DNA of 64,000 nt from Octopus bimaculoides (Eukaryota): the NCBI RefSeq assembly GCF_001194135.2, contig NC_068994.1, positions 40,668,325 to 40,732,324 on the forward strand, written 5' to 3'. Position numbers and translations under genes: made by a program. The notes under the pieces are model-generated. The model did no database searches, was not told the origin of the DNA, and worked only from the letters and a program-made list of their open reading frames with translations. Below are positions 26,732-39,066 of the stretch, in pieces. How positions within the stretch are numbered: the stretch's first letter is position 1; each line of letters opens with the position of its first letter.

Positions 26732-28392
26732 CTGGATTAAAGAATACAATATGTATATCAAAGAATATTAAGATTTTGAAAGTGATTCAAACCTGAACTC
26801 TTGATCAACATAAGCAGTGCCAGATTAAGGCATGAACATTAGAGCATTACAGTCTTCAGGGAAGATTTGTAACATTAGGGCCTTGAATGAAGGTTGGGAT
26901 TTTAGCGTTTATGATTGTTAGGTCATGGCTTTCATCCACAGACCTGGCAGAGTACTGAGTTCTGAAACAAGACACTTCATTTCATTTTCTAGTATATTTG
27001 AATGAAAGTGAGTATTAGTGTCTCTGTAACTGTCACATTCTGGGTGGAGTTTCGTAGTCTTGTACTCTCAGCCTAAATATCTCAAAAATGCAGATAAACT
27101 CCAGCCTAATGAATCTATTGGTTTGAAGCAGATTTAAAAGTTTCAACCCAGGAGCATCCACCAGCTGGAGGATCTGCAGAGTTTCAATGAAAAGTTACCA
27201 AATTTATCACTAGAGGAATGACAGTATTTCATAGCCCAGTACCTACAAAATCTTAATCCGGCTCTGCACACAAGATGTTAGAGTTCAAGCCTTGTTATTT
27301 CTTCTATTTCAACAAGGTTGAAAGGTTAAGATTTTTTTCTTTTTTATTTTTTCCTATTTTGTTTAGAAAATTTTCTATGAGCACAAAGTAACAATATCTT
27401 TGGGTCATATAATATTAATAAGTTTCTTTTGGAAGAGATTATTATGCAATCATAATAGAGTTGTCAAATGGTGATATCAAAGTTAAGGATGATGAAGCTT
27501 GTAAGGAATTTGAACAGAAACTCATTAAAATACCATTTATAAGCTGTCTTATTCTGGATAGATTTGCTGTGGTATGTAGTAAATTAGAACAAGACTACAT
27601 TTAAGCTATCTGTAGTTATTGTCTATTTAGACTTGATTCGCTAGTTTGATCAGTCTGTCATTGACAAATTAACTCATTCAACTTGGTAAGGTTTCATACG
27701 ACCATCTTGTAAATGCAAATTGGAAATTTCATTGTAGGGAGCCAACTCACAGCAATGTAATTGATGGTCATAAGAAAAAAATATATATAAATAATGACTG
27801 TTTGGTAAATAGTTAATTTCAAATATTGTTGATGCCAGAAGTGAAAGGATACTGTATAATTCATATAGTCAATACTATATATTACTAACTTAATATTATT
27901 GTTGCCATTATGACCAAAGATTTTACAATTAGAAATTGTACACTTATATCTCTACTTTTTCTTTTAATATTACATTTTTGATACTGATAACATTATCAAG
28001 CAAGCAAGATATTTTGATGTTGAGTGAAACTCTGATAATTTTTGCCGATTTCAATGTATTTTAGATTATCATAAACAGTATTTTTGTAGTTAAGTGAAAT
28101 CACATTTGCCTTTTGTTAATTAATAAATGGCAAATATAACAACAACAAAAATATTACAATATCAGCTATGATTCATGCAATCAGATAGCATCTATAGCTT
28201 GAAATACACAAGAAGGGAATAAATATCATTAAGTTCTATGACAATTCCATCAAAGGTAGATTTTTTGTTTTTGTTTTTTCTTTTTGTTTAAGTGCCATTT
28301 TGTCCTTGTTATAGACTAAACCGGTTTATATATTTTGGATATCATTTTACATCAGTAAAGTGAACACACACACATATGTATAAGGTTATTAC

Positions 28393-28425
<33 letters not shown>

Positions 28426-28599
28426 NNNNNNNNNNNNNNNNNNNNNNNNNNNNNNNNNNNNNNNNNNNNNNNNNNNNNNNNNNNNNNNNNNNNNNNNNNN
28501 NNNNNNNNNNNNNNNNNNNNNNNNNNNNNNNNNNNNNNNNNNNNNNNNNNNNNNNNNNNNNNNNNNNNNNNNNNNNNNNNNNNNNNNNNNTATATATAT

Positions 28600-28957
28600 G
28601 GTACTCCATCGGTTACAATGACAAGGCTTCCAGTTGATCCGATCAATGGAACAGCCTGCTCATGAAATTAATGTGCAAGTGGCTGAGCACTCCACAGATA
28701 CGTGTACCCTTAACATAGTTATCGGGAAGATTCAGCATGACACAGTGTGTGACAAGGCTGGCCTTTTGAAATACAGGTACAAAAGAAACAGGGCGAAAGA
28801 GTGAGAGAAAGTTGTGGTGAAAGAGTACAGCAGGATTCACTACCACCCACTGCTGGAGCCTCGTGGAGCTTTAGTTGTTTTCACTCCCAAAACACTCACA
28901 ATGCCTGGTCTGGGAATCGAAACCGCAATCATATGACCATGAGTTTGCTGCCCTAAC

Positions 28958-28960
<3 letters not shown>
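28600..28960 (-). mobile_element. SINE group C (different body) copy
   Basis: Head ctgggaatcgaaacc...ccctaaccac. Body shared with a deleted plus-strand copy at ~30180-30390. Confidence 0.7.
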
Positions 28961-28989
<29 letters not shown>

Positions 28990-29396
28990 CATATATATAT
29001 CTGTGTGTATATGTGTATATATATATATATGTGTCTGTATGCACACACAAACAAACATACTAATGTATATAATTGCTTATATTCTGAACTTGAGGGTTTT
29101 AATAGCTGTCACAGGTAGACAGACAGGATCAAAGATGATGTGGTTCTGTGAGAGTTATTATATATTTCATATGTAAAGCTTAACTTGAGAAAGCTGAGAA
29201 ACGTGAAATCTAATACTAACAACATTAAAGTCTTCATATCTTGTAGCTGAGGCAGTTATAAGTCATGTTAGCAGCTAATAATCTAATTAAAATATTATTT
29301 AAAGGATGGAACACAATGTACAACTGTCTTGGATATAATCTTGTTTTCTGCTGATTCTAACCATATGAGCAATACATAAAGATAATAGAAACTCTT

Positions 29397-29565
29397 GGCA
29401 TAGATGTGTGGTTAAGAAGCTTGCTTTGCAACCATGTATTTTGGGGTTCAGTCCCACTATGGGGCCTCCTGATCATGCTTATTTCTGTTACAGCCTTGAA
29501 CCAGCCAATGCCTTGTGAGTGAATTTGATACAAAGACACTGTGTGGAAGTCCTCTATATATGTAT

Positions 29566-29617
<52 letters not shown>

Positions 29618-29830
29618 GTATGTTTGTGTGTATGTGTATCTTTGTGCCATTTTCCATTGATTTTTTTATATACCTGTACTTAGCAGTTTGGCAAAAAGAG
29701 ACTGATAAAAGAAATACCAGATTTGAAAATTAAATACTGAGGTAGATTTGTTTGTCTCAACTCTTTGATGAGGTGCTCAAACATAGCTGCAGTCCAATGA
29801 TGACCGAAACATGTAAAAGATAAAAGAAAG
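29397..29830 (+). mobile_element. tRNA-head SINE family B, near-complete, with internal (CA)n/(TA)n
   Basis: gtgtggttaagaagcttgc...ggttcagtccc head, microsatellite middle, tail cttagcagtttggcaaaaagagactgat...gcagtccaatgatgaccgaaac and A-rich end. Confidence 0.8.
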
Positions 29831-31150
29831 ATAAAAAAGTTACCTACAATTTACACAGCAGTTGTTAATATTATAGTCAGATGTGATTAAGATGATCTCT
29901 GACATATAGAAAGCACATCAAACAAAACGTTTCAATACAATGCTCTGTTAAGAATATTGTAGCTCTCTAGACAAAACTACACACTGGGACAAGCCACAAC
30001 ATATACGTTTTAGCATCTAGCCCTGCAACTGTGGGTATTTGTATCATATACCTTACAATGGCACTATTTCAGCACCATATTTTATTATAATCATTCTGTC
30101 TTTGCTTAAAGTTATGTTACTGTATAAATGAGAATACAATAGGCATGTTGATCTGTTATTAAACTTGGTAGGGCAGTTTGCTGAAAGAAATTTCACTGCT
30201 GAGAGTGAATAGCTGTAAGGTGGTTTCTTTGGCACACTTTATTTCATGTTGCTCCAGTCCATTCAGCTAGCAACAATGTATAGAACCTGATTTTAAAGGA
30301 CCAGTCTTGTCACATACTGCAACACATTGAATCTCCTTGATTGAATCTGCTGGAATCCTTGTCATCATAACCAATAGAGTGCTAGTTCTTTTTTTCTGTA
30401 TTAGCTCATGTTTTATAGATATAGAAACAGTTGAAACTGACTTTTGAAAATGAAGTATTTTTATCTTTCAATGGAAATGCCATACACATATTGATATTAC
30501 AAACATTGCTGTTAACTAGTTCTTGTAAATTTACTAGAAACACCACAGTAACTAAAATGAAAATGTAAATGTTTTACTGAAATTACTGAAATTCTAAATG
30601 CCCATTAACATTAGAATGAGCATTTATAATAAAGAAAAACATAATGAGGCAGAGAAGAATTTGGTCCATAGCTTCAATGATATTTAGTTGATGTCACTAA
30701 GTTCCAAACATTTTTAAGCAATTCTAAAAGAAAAAGAATTTTTGCTCAGGAATGCTTTCTACAATTTCTTTAGAACAAAAGAGATACTCATAATGTAATA
30801 AAGAATTTAATGAAAAAATATATTTCCATTTCTGAAGCTCTAAGCATTCTTTCACCATAGGACAATTTTGACAATATGCTTACTGATTTCAAGTGAAAGC
30901 AATTCCAAAGAAACATTCAAAACACTTATGTGTTCAATTTTCTGTAAATAATTATTCAAAAAAAAAGAAAGCACATTGTCCTCACTCAAGTCCCTACATC
31001 CTTCTTAAAATATTTGATGCCTGGTTCTTTCCATTTATTTCCATTGAAACAATAAACTATAGTTTGTATAACCAAATACACATGCATATAGATATATGCG
31101 CTTGTGTATACATGTATATGTGTGTACACACAGACACACATGGACATTTA

Positions 31151-31196
<46 letters not shown>

Positions 31197-31297
31197 TTAC
31201 AGATAATTACATTATATATGCACACCTATACATACATATGCATTTGTGCATTCAGACATGTATATATGTCTTTTTCTCTCTCTCTCTCTCTCTCTCA

Positions 31298-31331
<34 letters not shown>

Positions 31332-32787
31332 AAAGAGAAAATGTGAGCAAGTGAGTGAGAGCAAGAAAGAGAGAGAGCAAGAGACAGAGAGACAGTGAGA
31401 GAAGCAGGACAATTTGTATTGTGTATGTTTCATATAGGAGGCATAAATGTGTTTCAATTCATTTAACGTTTACATATATGATTGAAAGACATAGAACTTG
31501 TTTTGTTTATATTTAGAAGGGGAGTATGTGTGTGCGTATGTGAGAGAGAGAGATATAGAGAGAAAGAAAGAAAGAAGGAGAAGGAGTGGATATGATGTCT
31601 GAGATATAAAATTAATATGTAATCCTCTAACAATAGCTGGTGTGACACGGAAGTTCTGTTGGCAGTATGAGATCAGTGAATGACAAAATTATAATAAACC
31701 AAGAATATGTATCAGAAGACCCATAGGATTTGTTCAGAGTGGGAATTCTTCTTGTATAATATCAATTTCATTTGAATGACTGACTGGTATTATATTCTCA
31801 CACTTAGGATAAAACTGCTAGGCTATGTATTATATTACAAAGAAAAATATTTGATGAATATTGCAAACTACAAACGTATTAATTTTGTTTCAATAACAAA
31901 TGGAAGTTTGATCAATACTTTTAATCCTATTAGCAAAAGTAAGCTATTATTCCATTCTGTAGATGATCTGGCACTTTTGGTCCAAAATTAAGATTTGTAA
32001 GATCTGGGGGTAGCTAGTAAGAGAAAAAGCTGGGGAAAGCAGAATTTTCATTTCCAGTGAGTGTAAGTATGAATATAAATCTATAATCAAAGTACAAAAA
32101 TTGCAGGTTCAACTGCCAATAGATATTCTATTTCTCATTGATTTTTGCTATAACGTTCACATCATTTGGCTTACACAGCAGTAAATGGTTTTTTTCTCTT
32201 TTTTTTGTTCAAAGTTCCAGAGAATATGTGATATCTCAATGCAATATTTGATGGGAATATTAATTTGATTGTTCAACCAACCGAAGTTCACTATTTTCTA
32301 AGATAGAGATGTATTCATTTTCTGTTATTGTTTCAATATATCCATCTTTCTATATATGGGATATCAGAATTGTTATGATAGTATGTCTCTTAGGATGATT
32401 GTGTTCAGACATTTTAAAAACTCTACTGAAGACAGGGCTGTTTCAAAACAAACACTGACATTGTCATATGTATTTGCATTTATACATGTTGTATCAAAAG
32501 AACCTGCAGTCTGACCATAAGGCCTTATTTCGTAAAAAGGCAAAAAACATATACAGACATGACTCAATGTACATATTTATTCCTAAAAATTTCCAATAGA
32601 AGCCCAAAGCTAAAAATTTGTTGGGAGAGTAGCAGTCAGTTATATTAACCTCATTACTTGACTAGTATTTTATTTTATTTGTTCCAGAAGGATGAAAGGC
32701 AAAGCTGATTTTAAAAACAAACCTTGTTCAGGGACCTTTTGAGCAGGATGAGCTATTCAACCTGAAGAAAATTCTAACTGGGCTGCA

Positions 32788-32962
32788 CCTGCAAGGTCAT
32801 GAACTGTTTATTTTGATATGAGATCACCATGTCACTCACATGCGGTTGTGATGCATGTACTAGATGTACTCTTATCAGATGGGTTGTCATGATGGGTGTA
32901 TTGGACTTTGTATAACTGTACCCTAGTGTCACTTTGATGGCATGCACTGCTCTTTCACTCAA
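32788..32962. repeat. Inverted partial copy of the 10283-10847 repeat
   Basis: gagatcaccatgtc...gtgtcactttgatggcatgcactgctct is the reverse complement of 10283-10455. Confidence 0.8.
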
Positions 32963-33199
32963 TAATAATAATAATAATAATAGAAAATGAAAGGCATTGG
33001 AGGGGCGATGAAAACCTTGCATGCAGATAAATTGCTTTGCAAATTATAGTGTGGCTTATAATGAATTGCATACCCATACTTTTTAAATGAACAAAATTAG
33101 TTCCTTTTTTTTTCAAGTATCACCATTATAAGTATTTATACTCTGGTGAAATTAAGAAATCAACTTGTGAATAAATGAAACCCTCGAATCCATCACTGT

Positions 33200-33231
<32 letters not shown>

Positions 33232-33246
33232 ACACACACACACACA

Positions 33247-33309
<63 letters not shown>

Positions 33310-33597
33310 ACACACACAGAGTCACATACCTATGTAGTACACCATGAACTATACACATGCAGATGAGGGTTGTTTCATACGAAAAAGAAAGGGAACACAG
33401 TAATATGACCAGTTGCTTACTGGGAAATTTGTAAGTTCAATTAAAAAAAAATTTTTTTTTTTAAAGAATTACAGGTATAAATAAGTATCATAGTATCAGT
33501 ATTATTGGTAATACAGTTCTATATTTAAAAGATGAGGAATTATGCACAATATTTACATTATTTACATTTGACGAACATTTGTCCTCATCTTGTTGTT

Positions 33598-33643
33598 AAC
33601 ACAATGCTTCAGCTGATATACTCTCCAGCCTTCATCAGGTGTC
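33598..33643 (-). ncRNA. Decayed minimal type-I hammerhead ribozyme motif (Penelope pLTR type)
   Basis: GACAC-CUGAUGA-A-GGCUG-(10 nt)-CAGCU-GAA-GCAU-U-GUGUU. Stems I and II pair. Helix III is GCAU instead of ACGU. Confidence 0.55.
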
Positions 33644-33705
33644 TTGGGGAAATTTCGAATCTGGGTTCTCATTCCTAAGGTATTTTTTGATGTTGTTGTT
33701 GTTAC

Positions 33706-33745
<40 letters not shown>

Positions 33746-33807
33746 TTTCAGTTCACTGCCTGGAATCGAACTCGGAATCTTGTGATTATTTTAACTTCAT
33801 CCCAGAG

Positions 33808-34065
33808 ATATGTAGCCCATATGACATCAGGACGGTATTCAAGAGTAACACAACACTTTGTAAATATCACCTCCGAATAAAACCACGAATAGAAGAGAAT
33901 ATGACCAAAGACTGCGTGTACTCTATCCTATACAGCTGTGGTTGGTTATACAAAAGCGAAACATGTCGCCTCCTCAAAATAAGGGTAGAGGAACATCGCA
34001 AAGCTGTGACATGAGGAGATATTGATAAATTGGGTACAGCTGATCATGTATGGAAAAAAGGAGAC
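33808..34065 (+). mobile_element. Penelope-like element fragment, GIY-YIG endonuclease
   Basis: ICSPYDIRTVFKSNTTL...KDCVYSIP[frameshift]YSCGWLYKSETCRLLKIRVEEHRKAVT*GDIDKLGTADHVWKKG matches the VYxIPCxCGxxYxGETxRxLxxRxxEH pattern. Confidence 0.85.
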
Positions 34066-35089
34066 CCCCCCCCACCTGTGATCACTGTGAGTATTCTTAA
34101 AATGCATAATCATTACTTGAAGTAATACTTAAAGTATTACAGATAATGGTTTGACTAACTGAGTTAACCCTCTCAGACCTGGGCCCCTCCATCCGGGCTC
34201 CTGAGTCAAACAATAAATAGTTGCACATACAACGCAAAAGTAACAATTGCAGGTAAACTATGGACAGAATTATGACAAAATTCAGGACGACAACAATAAC
34301 CGTTCTTTCTCTCAACTGTTGCATTTGTTAGGCAAACTAATGGACAGAATCACAAAAGATTGAGTAGAATAACAATAATAGGTATATCTCTCAACTACCA
34401 TCTTAATTCACCCCAGACCCTACTCTCCTCATCACGTTCAACAGTTTCATTGTCTGAATCACTCTCATAACCAGCGTAAGTGTAAATTCTTTGTCTGAAG
34501 AATAAATATCATTAATAATTTCCTCAACTGCAAAGAGTCTAGCCTTGCTTGTTTACAAGACAAAGCGCTGGGTTCATCACACAGCTGTTGCATTGTAAAC
34601 TCATTTTTTTTTCTCTCTGGTTAAAAACAAAAGTAAACAACAGCTATGGGGGACACCATTAACGAGTTGTAAACACACTTGACTGCAAAGCTGCAACATG
34701 ATCATTTGTCTAATTTTAGTATTTTATCTTCTTTTTCTACTTGAGTTGTTCATTACTACTTTTGCAGGAATCCAACAGAGATGACATTTAAGCTATTCCT
34801 GCTATAGTAGGAACATGGCATGACAGGGTTAAAGTGGAAAAACCATAAGCAAAGGGTTAAATCTTCCTGTAGGAAAAAAATCTTTTGCTTGAGAAGCAGA
34901 TGAGGTTTGATGACAGCGAAACCATTTGGGCATAAAATTTTGCCTCAAATAATTCCTCATCCAATCCTGCAAGCATGGAAAAAGTAGACAATCAGCACAT
35001 CAGGATATATATATATATATATATATACATACATGTGTATGTGTAGGTGGGTGTGGGTGGGTGGGTATATTTATGTGTGTATATATATT

Positions 35090-35235
35090 GGGAGAATTCA
35101 CCCAAAAACAACAGACGAAGACAGGTGCTGTAGAAAACAAACAGATGTATTAGTATAACGCTTGGGAATTGAAAAAGTCTTTAACGTTTCGACCCTAAGC
35201 TCTTCCACAGAAAGGAACACAGAAAGAAACAAGGA
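35090..35235 (-). repeat. ~150-bp dispersed repeat (putative Penelope pLTR), copy 1
   Basis: Aligns closely with 50001-50148 and starts at a (TA)n tract. Confidence 0.85.
35179..35214 (-). ncRNA. Second copy of the A6U hammerhead-like motif
   Basis: CUUU-CUGUGGA-A-GAGC-UUAG-GGUC-GAA-ACGU-U-AAAG. One G-G mismatch in stem II. Confidence 0.4.
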
Positions 35236-36982
35236 GAGAAAAATATATATATATTGTCATCTAAGAATCCATAAGTCAGAAAAAAAATGTACTTGTATAG
35301 TTGTCAACGGAGTGGGCATATTAATCAAAATATACAGTATAGTAGATCTATTTCGGCCGATCTTACCAATTGGTTTCACTGGTGACATCTCTGAAGAGCA
35401 TTTAGTGTTAGATACAAACAATTATGTCTAATATCTGGTTGTCAAATATCCAATGTGAAATTGATTTGTAAGATCAGCTGAAGTGAATCTATAATACAGC
35501 ATAGTTTTGATGAATGTATCAGCATACATACCTTTATTTATATTAGTGAAACTTATATTTAAAATATATGTTTCTGTTGTTTGCATTGCTTTTTAAAATA
35601 CTCTAAAGTTCTCACTTACATGGTGCTGGATTTGTTCTCTTGGATTACCCACATCCACATAATATTTGGTTTATTATTTATTGTTCACCATATTAATCTT
35701 CCATGACCGCTACCTCACTTTACCACCTTAAAATAGATGCATCATCTTTCTCAACTTCTCTCTCCCTTTTTGCTCTTTCTATTTCTCTGGACACAAGGTT
35801 TTTCTGTAAACCATTTTCCCCTATCTTTGGTGTGAATCTAATATTTAAACTGTATCTCAGATGTTTGTTTGCTTGTTTGAGTAGTTGCTAAAAAAAATCA
35901 TGAATTTTCACCATGCAGTTATAGTTGAGAGGAATTGTAAAAATATTTCTGAATAGATAATGTTACAATGTTATATAGTTCTTCTTTTTTCTTGGTAGTG
36001 GGTGCATCTCCAGTGACATTTCCAAGATTAGAACTATTATCCCCAGCAGAATATCATCCAGAATCTGCCATACAGATGTTCAGAATCCATTTACAAAAAA
36101 GTCGAGTACTATGCTTCACAAGTTCAGACTAGTGCTTGACTCTAAAAGAACATGTCTGGTAAAGAAGATTAATATGACATTTTTCTGGTTGTCCTTTAGT
36201 TATGTCAAATATGATCCACATTTGGCATGCATTCATGCATCCATCTATCTGTCTATCTACTTTTTTGTCTGTCTGTTTATCTATCTATTTGTCTTGTCTG
36301 TCTGTCTGTCTTTACACACACACATGTGTGCTATGGGCGTATATATATATTTGTATACATATATGATTTTTGTATTGAAATAGTTCTATATATTCTTAAA
36401 CATGAGTCTGTGCATGTGTGTTTGGGTGTTTGGGTGTATGTGTGCATGTGTATACATCTATGTAACGTTTATGTAGTAGTTCTTATCTGCATGATTTTAA
36501 AATCCTTTTTATGTCACAAATCATTCAATATAGATTTTGTTATACTTATATTTCCCAGATATCCACTTGTCAAAAGAAACTGGCACTTTGTAAAAGAATT
36601 TTCATTTTAGAATCTGTCATTCTGTATTCTGAATGCAATCATTGATGGAACCATAGATATTTTAAGAAAGAATATGTTGACACCAGGCCAGACCGTACTG
36701 ATTCCAAAAGAAGGCCATTTTACCAATTAGCTAGCTTTCTATCACCCATACACTTCTACTACTAGCTCTCAGATGTGCTGGTTCTTTTTATTGTCTCATC
36801 TATCACTACTACAATGCTTCTTTGGATTAGCTAACAGTTTACACTTACTCCTCACAACTCACTTGAACCTCAGAAAATATTGTTCGTTAGTCTATGACAA
36901 TCAACCAGGCCTGTCCATAAAAAGATAGAAAAATCTCAGTCTCCTCCTGGGGCCCCAAAACAGTCTTGTTCTGCCTTGCTAA

Positions 36983-37095
36983 TGGCAAGCTGGCAGAATC
37001 ATTAACACACTAGGCAAAATCCTTAGTGGCATTTGGTCCATCTTTATGTTTTGAGTTCAAATTCTGCCAAGGGCAATTTTGTCTTTTATTCTTTT
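36983..37095 (+). mobile_element. SINE family A 5' fragment
   Basis: ggcaagctggcagaatcattaac...gagttcaaattctgcc. Confidence 0.75.
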
Positions 37096-37697
37096 TGTCT
37101 TTTATAAAATGTTTTCCATGTAGAATCCATCTGCTTTTTAGGAATTTCTATAACAACAGTATTTAATACAACATTAATATATTTTTTTATTTTTCTATAA
37201 AAGGTAAAGTGCAATTCGTGAAAGATTTAGCTGTCATTCTAATGTAAAAAGGTATGTTAACAACTGTTAGGAGTTTTCTCAAAGACAGTAGTTGTGTTGA
37301 GCAGAAAAAAAAAAACAAATAAGAAGAGAAACACAAAAATCAATGAAGTATCCTGTACATGATTGGTGTGTTTTTATAAAGTAGCATGCAGTGTCAAGAG
37401 AAAAGTAATTTCACTGTAAATTATCACAATGCTATATCAAAATTTTGAACAATTTCTTATTGAATATTGGAATATCTTTGTTTCAATGTGTATACATATA
37501 CTTCTGAGCAAATAGAGATTTTTAACTTTCACATAGAAGTGTACACAAATATATGAGCGTGTGAGAATCATTATATATGTATGTATGTATGTAGGTAGGT
37601 AGGTAGGTATTTATGTATATATGTTTGTATGTATGCATGCATGTATGTATATATGCATGTATGTTTATATATATGTATATATATATANNNNNNNNNN

Positions 37698-37731
<34 letters not shown>

Positions 37732-37808
37732 TACATATATGCACATAAATACATATACATATATATATATATAACAATAACACATGAGTGTATATATGTA
37801 TACATATA

Positions 37809-37867
<59 letters not shown>

Positions 37868-37936
37868 NNNNNNNNNNNNNNNNNNNNNNNNNNNNNNNNN
37901 NNNNNNNNNNNNNNNNNNNNNNNNNNNNNNNNNNNN

Positions 37937-37997
<61 letters not shown>

Positions 37998-38350
37998 TAA
38001 CCATACATATACACAAACACAGGTATATCTTATCAGCAATTTATCTGTAAAATATTTATATGAGCCACAGTTACCAGCATTAAGATAGAATCTTCTAGAA
38101 AAAAATCACCCAAGTTAAAAGAAAAAAAAAACAATAGCTATTATTGCTATTAAAACAGAAAAACACTATCTCTGTCAGTATTGTTTACAGGAGAGGCATG
38201 TTATCAATATTGCTAGAGTTTATTCCTCATTTACCAGGTGCATAGCAGACAAATATCGTTTCAAGTGGTTTAAAATACTGTGGCAGTCAAATGACTAAAG
38301 GCCAGTGTGTATTAAAAAGTATTACTTCAAATATACCTTATAAATATTGG

Positions 38351-38540
38351 TTTCACATTTTGGTGCAAGGAGAGCAATTTCAAAGGGGTGGGTTGGTCAA
38401 TTACATCGACCCCAGTGATCAACTGGTATTTATGTTATCAACTCCAAAGTTGACCTTGGTGGAATGTGAAATCAGGATGCAAAGATGGATGAAATGTCAC
38501 TAAGCATTTTGCCTGGCATGCCAACGATTCTGACAGCTCA
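38351..38540 (-). mobile_element. tRNA-head SINE family A copy
   Basis: Reverse complement of 38641-38851 with an internal deletion. Confidence 0.8.
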
Positions 38541-38640
38541 TTACCTCAATATGCCATATAAATATAACCTTCATTCCTTTTAAATTAATATGGCAAGACT
38601 GTGTTCATTTATATGTAACTATTATCAATATATCCTGAAA

Positions 38641-38851
38641 GGAAGCAAGCTGGCAGAATCATTAGCATCCCAGTCAAAATGCTTAATGACATTTTGTCCA
38701 TCTTTATGTTTTGTGTTCAAATTCTACCGAGGTCAACTTTGCTTTTCATCCTTTCAGGGTTGATAAAATAAGTACCAGTTGAGCATTGGGTTTGATGTAA
38801 TTGACTAACCCCTTTCCCTGAAATTGCTGGCCTTGTGCCAAAATTTGAAAC
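38641..38851 (+). mobile_element. tRNA-head SINE family A copy (Meta/MESC-like core)
   Basis: agctggcagaatcattagc head, gttcaaattc B-box-like motif, core gcttttcatcctttcagggttgataaaataagtaccag. Confidence 0.8.
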
Positions 38852-38867
38852 AAGTATATTCTGAAAG

Positions 38868-39066
38868 GTGTTGGGCAGCCTGAATCATTAACACACTGGA
38901 CAGAATGCATAACAGTATTTTTATGGCTTTATGTTCACAGTTGAAATGCCACCAAAGTTTACTTTACCATTCATCCTTTTGGGGTTGATAAAATAAGTAC
39001 CAGTAGGCACTGATGTAATCAACTTACCTACCCAAAAAATTGTTAGCTTGGTGATAAATTTGAAGC
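38868..39066 (+). mobile_element. SINE family A copy, tandem to the previous one
   Basis: Same head and core (ttcatcctttttggggttgataaaataagtaccag), more diverged. Confidence 0.75.

Noticed and set aside
29397-29460. tRNA-like A/B-box sequences here and at other SINE heads
   Set aside because: No cloverleaf, and they continue into SINE bodies, so they are not tRNA genes.
30891-30948. 58-nt phase 0-to-1 exon-like segment (KIEHISVLNVSLELLSLEI)
   Set aside because: Short and AT-rich with no protein-like signal. It shows how often such sites arise by chance.
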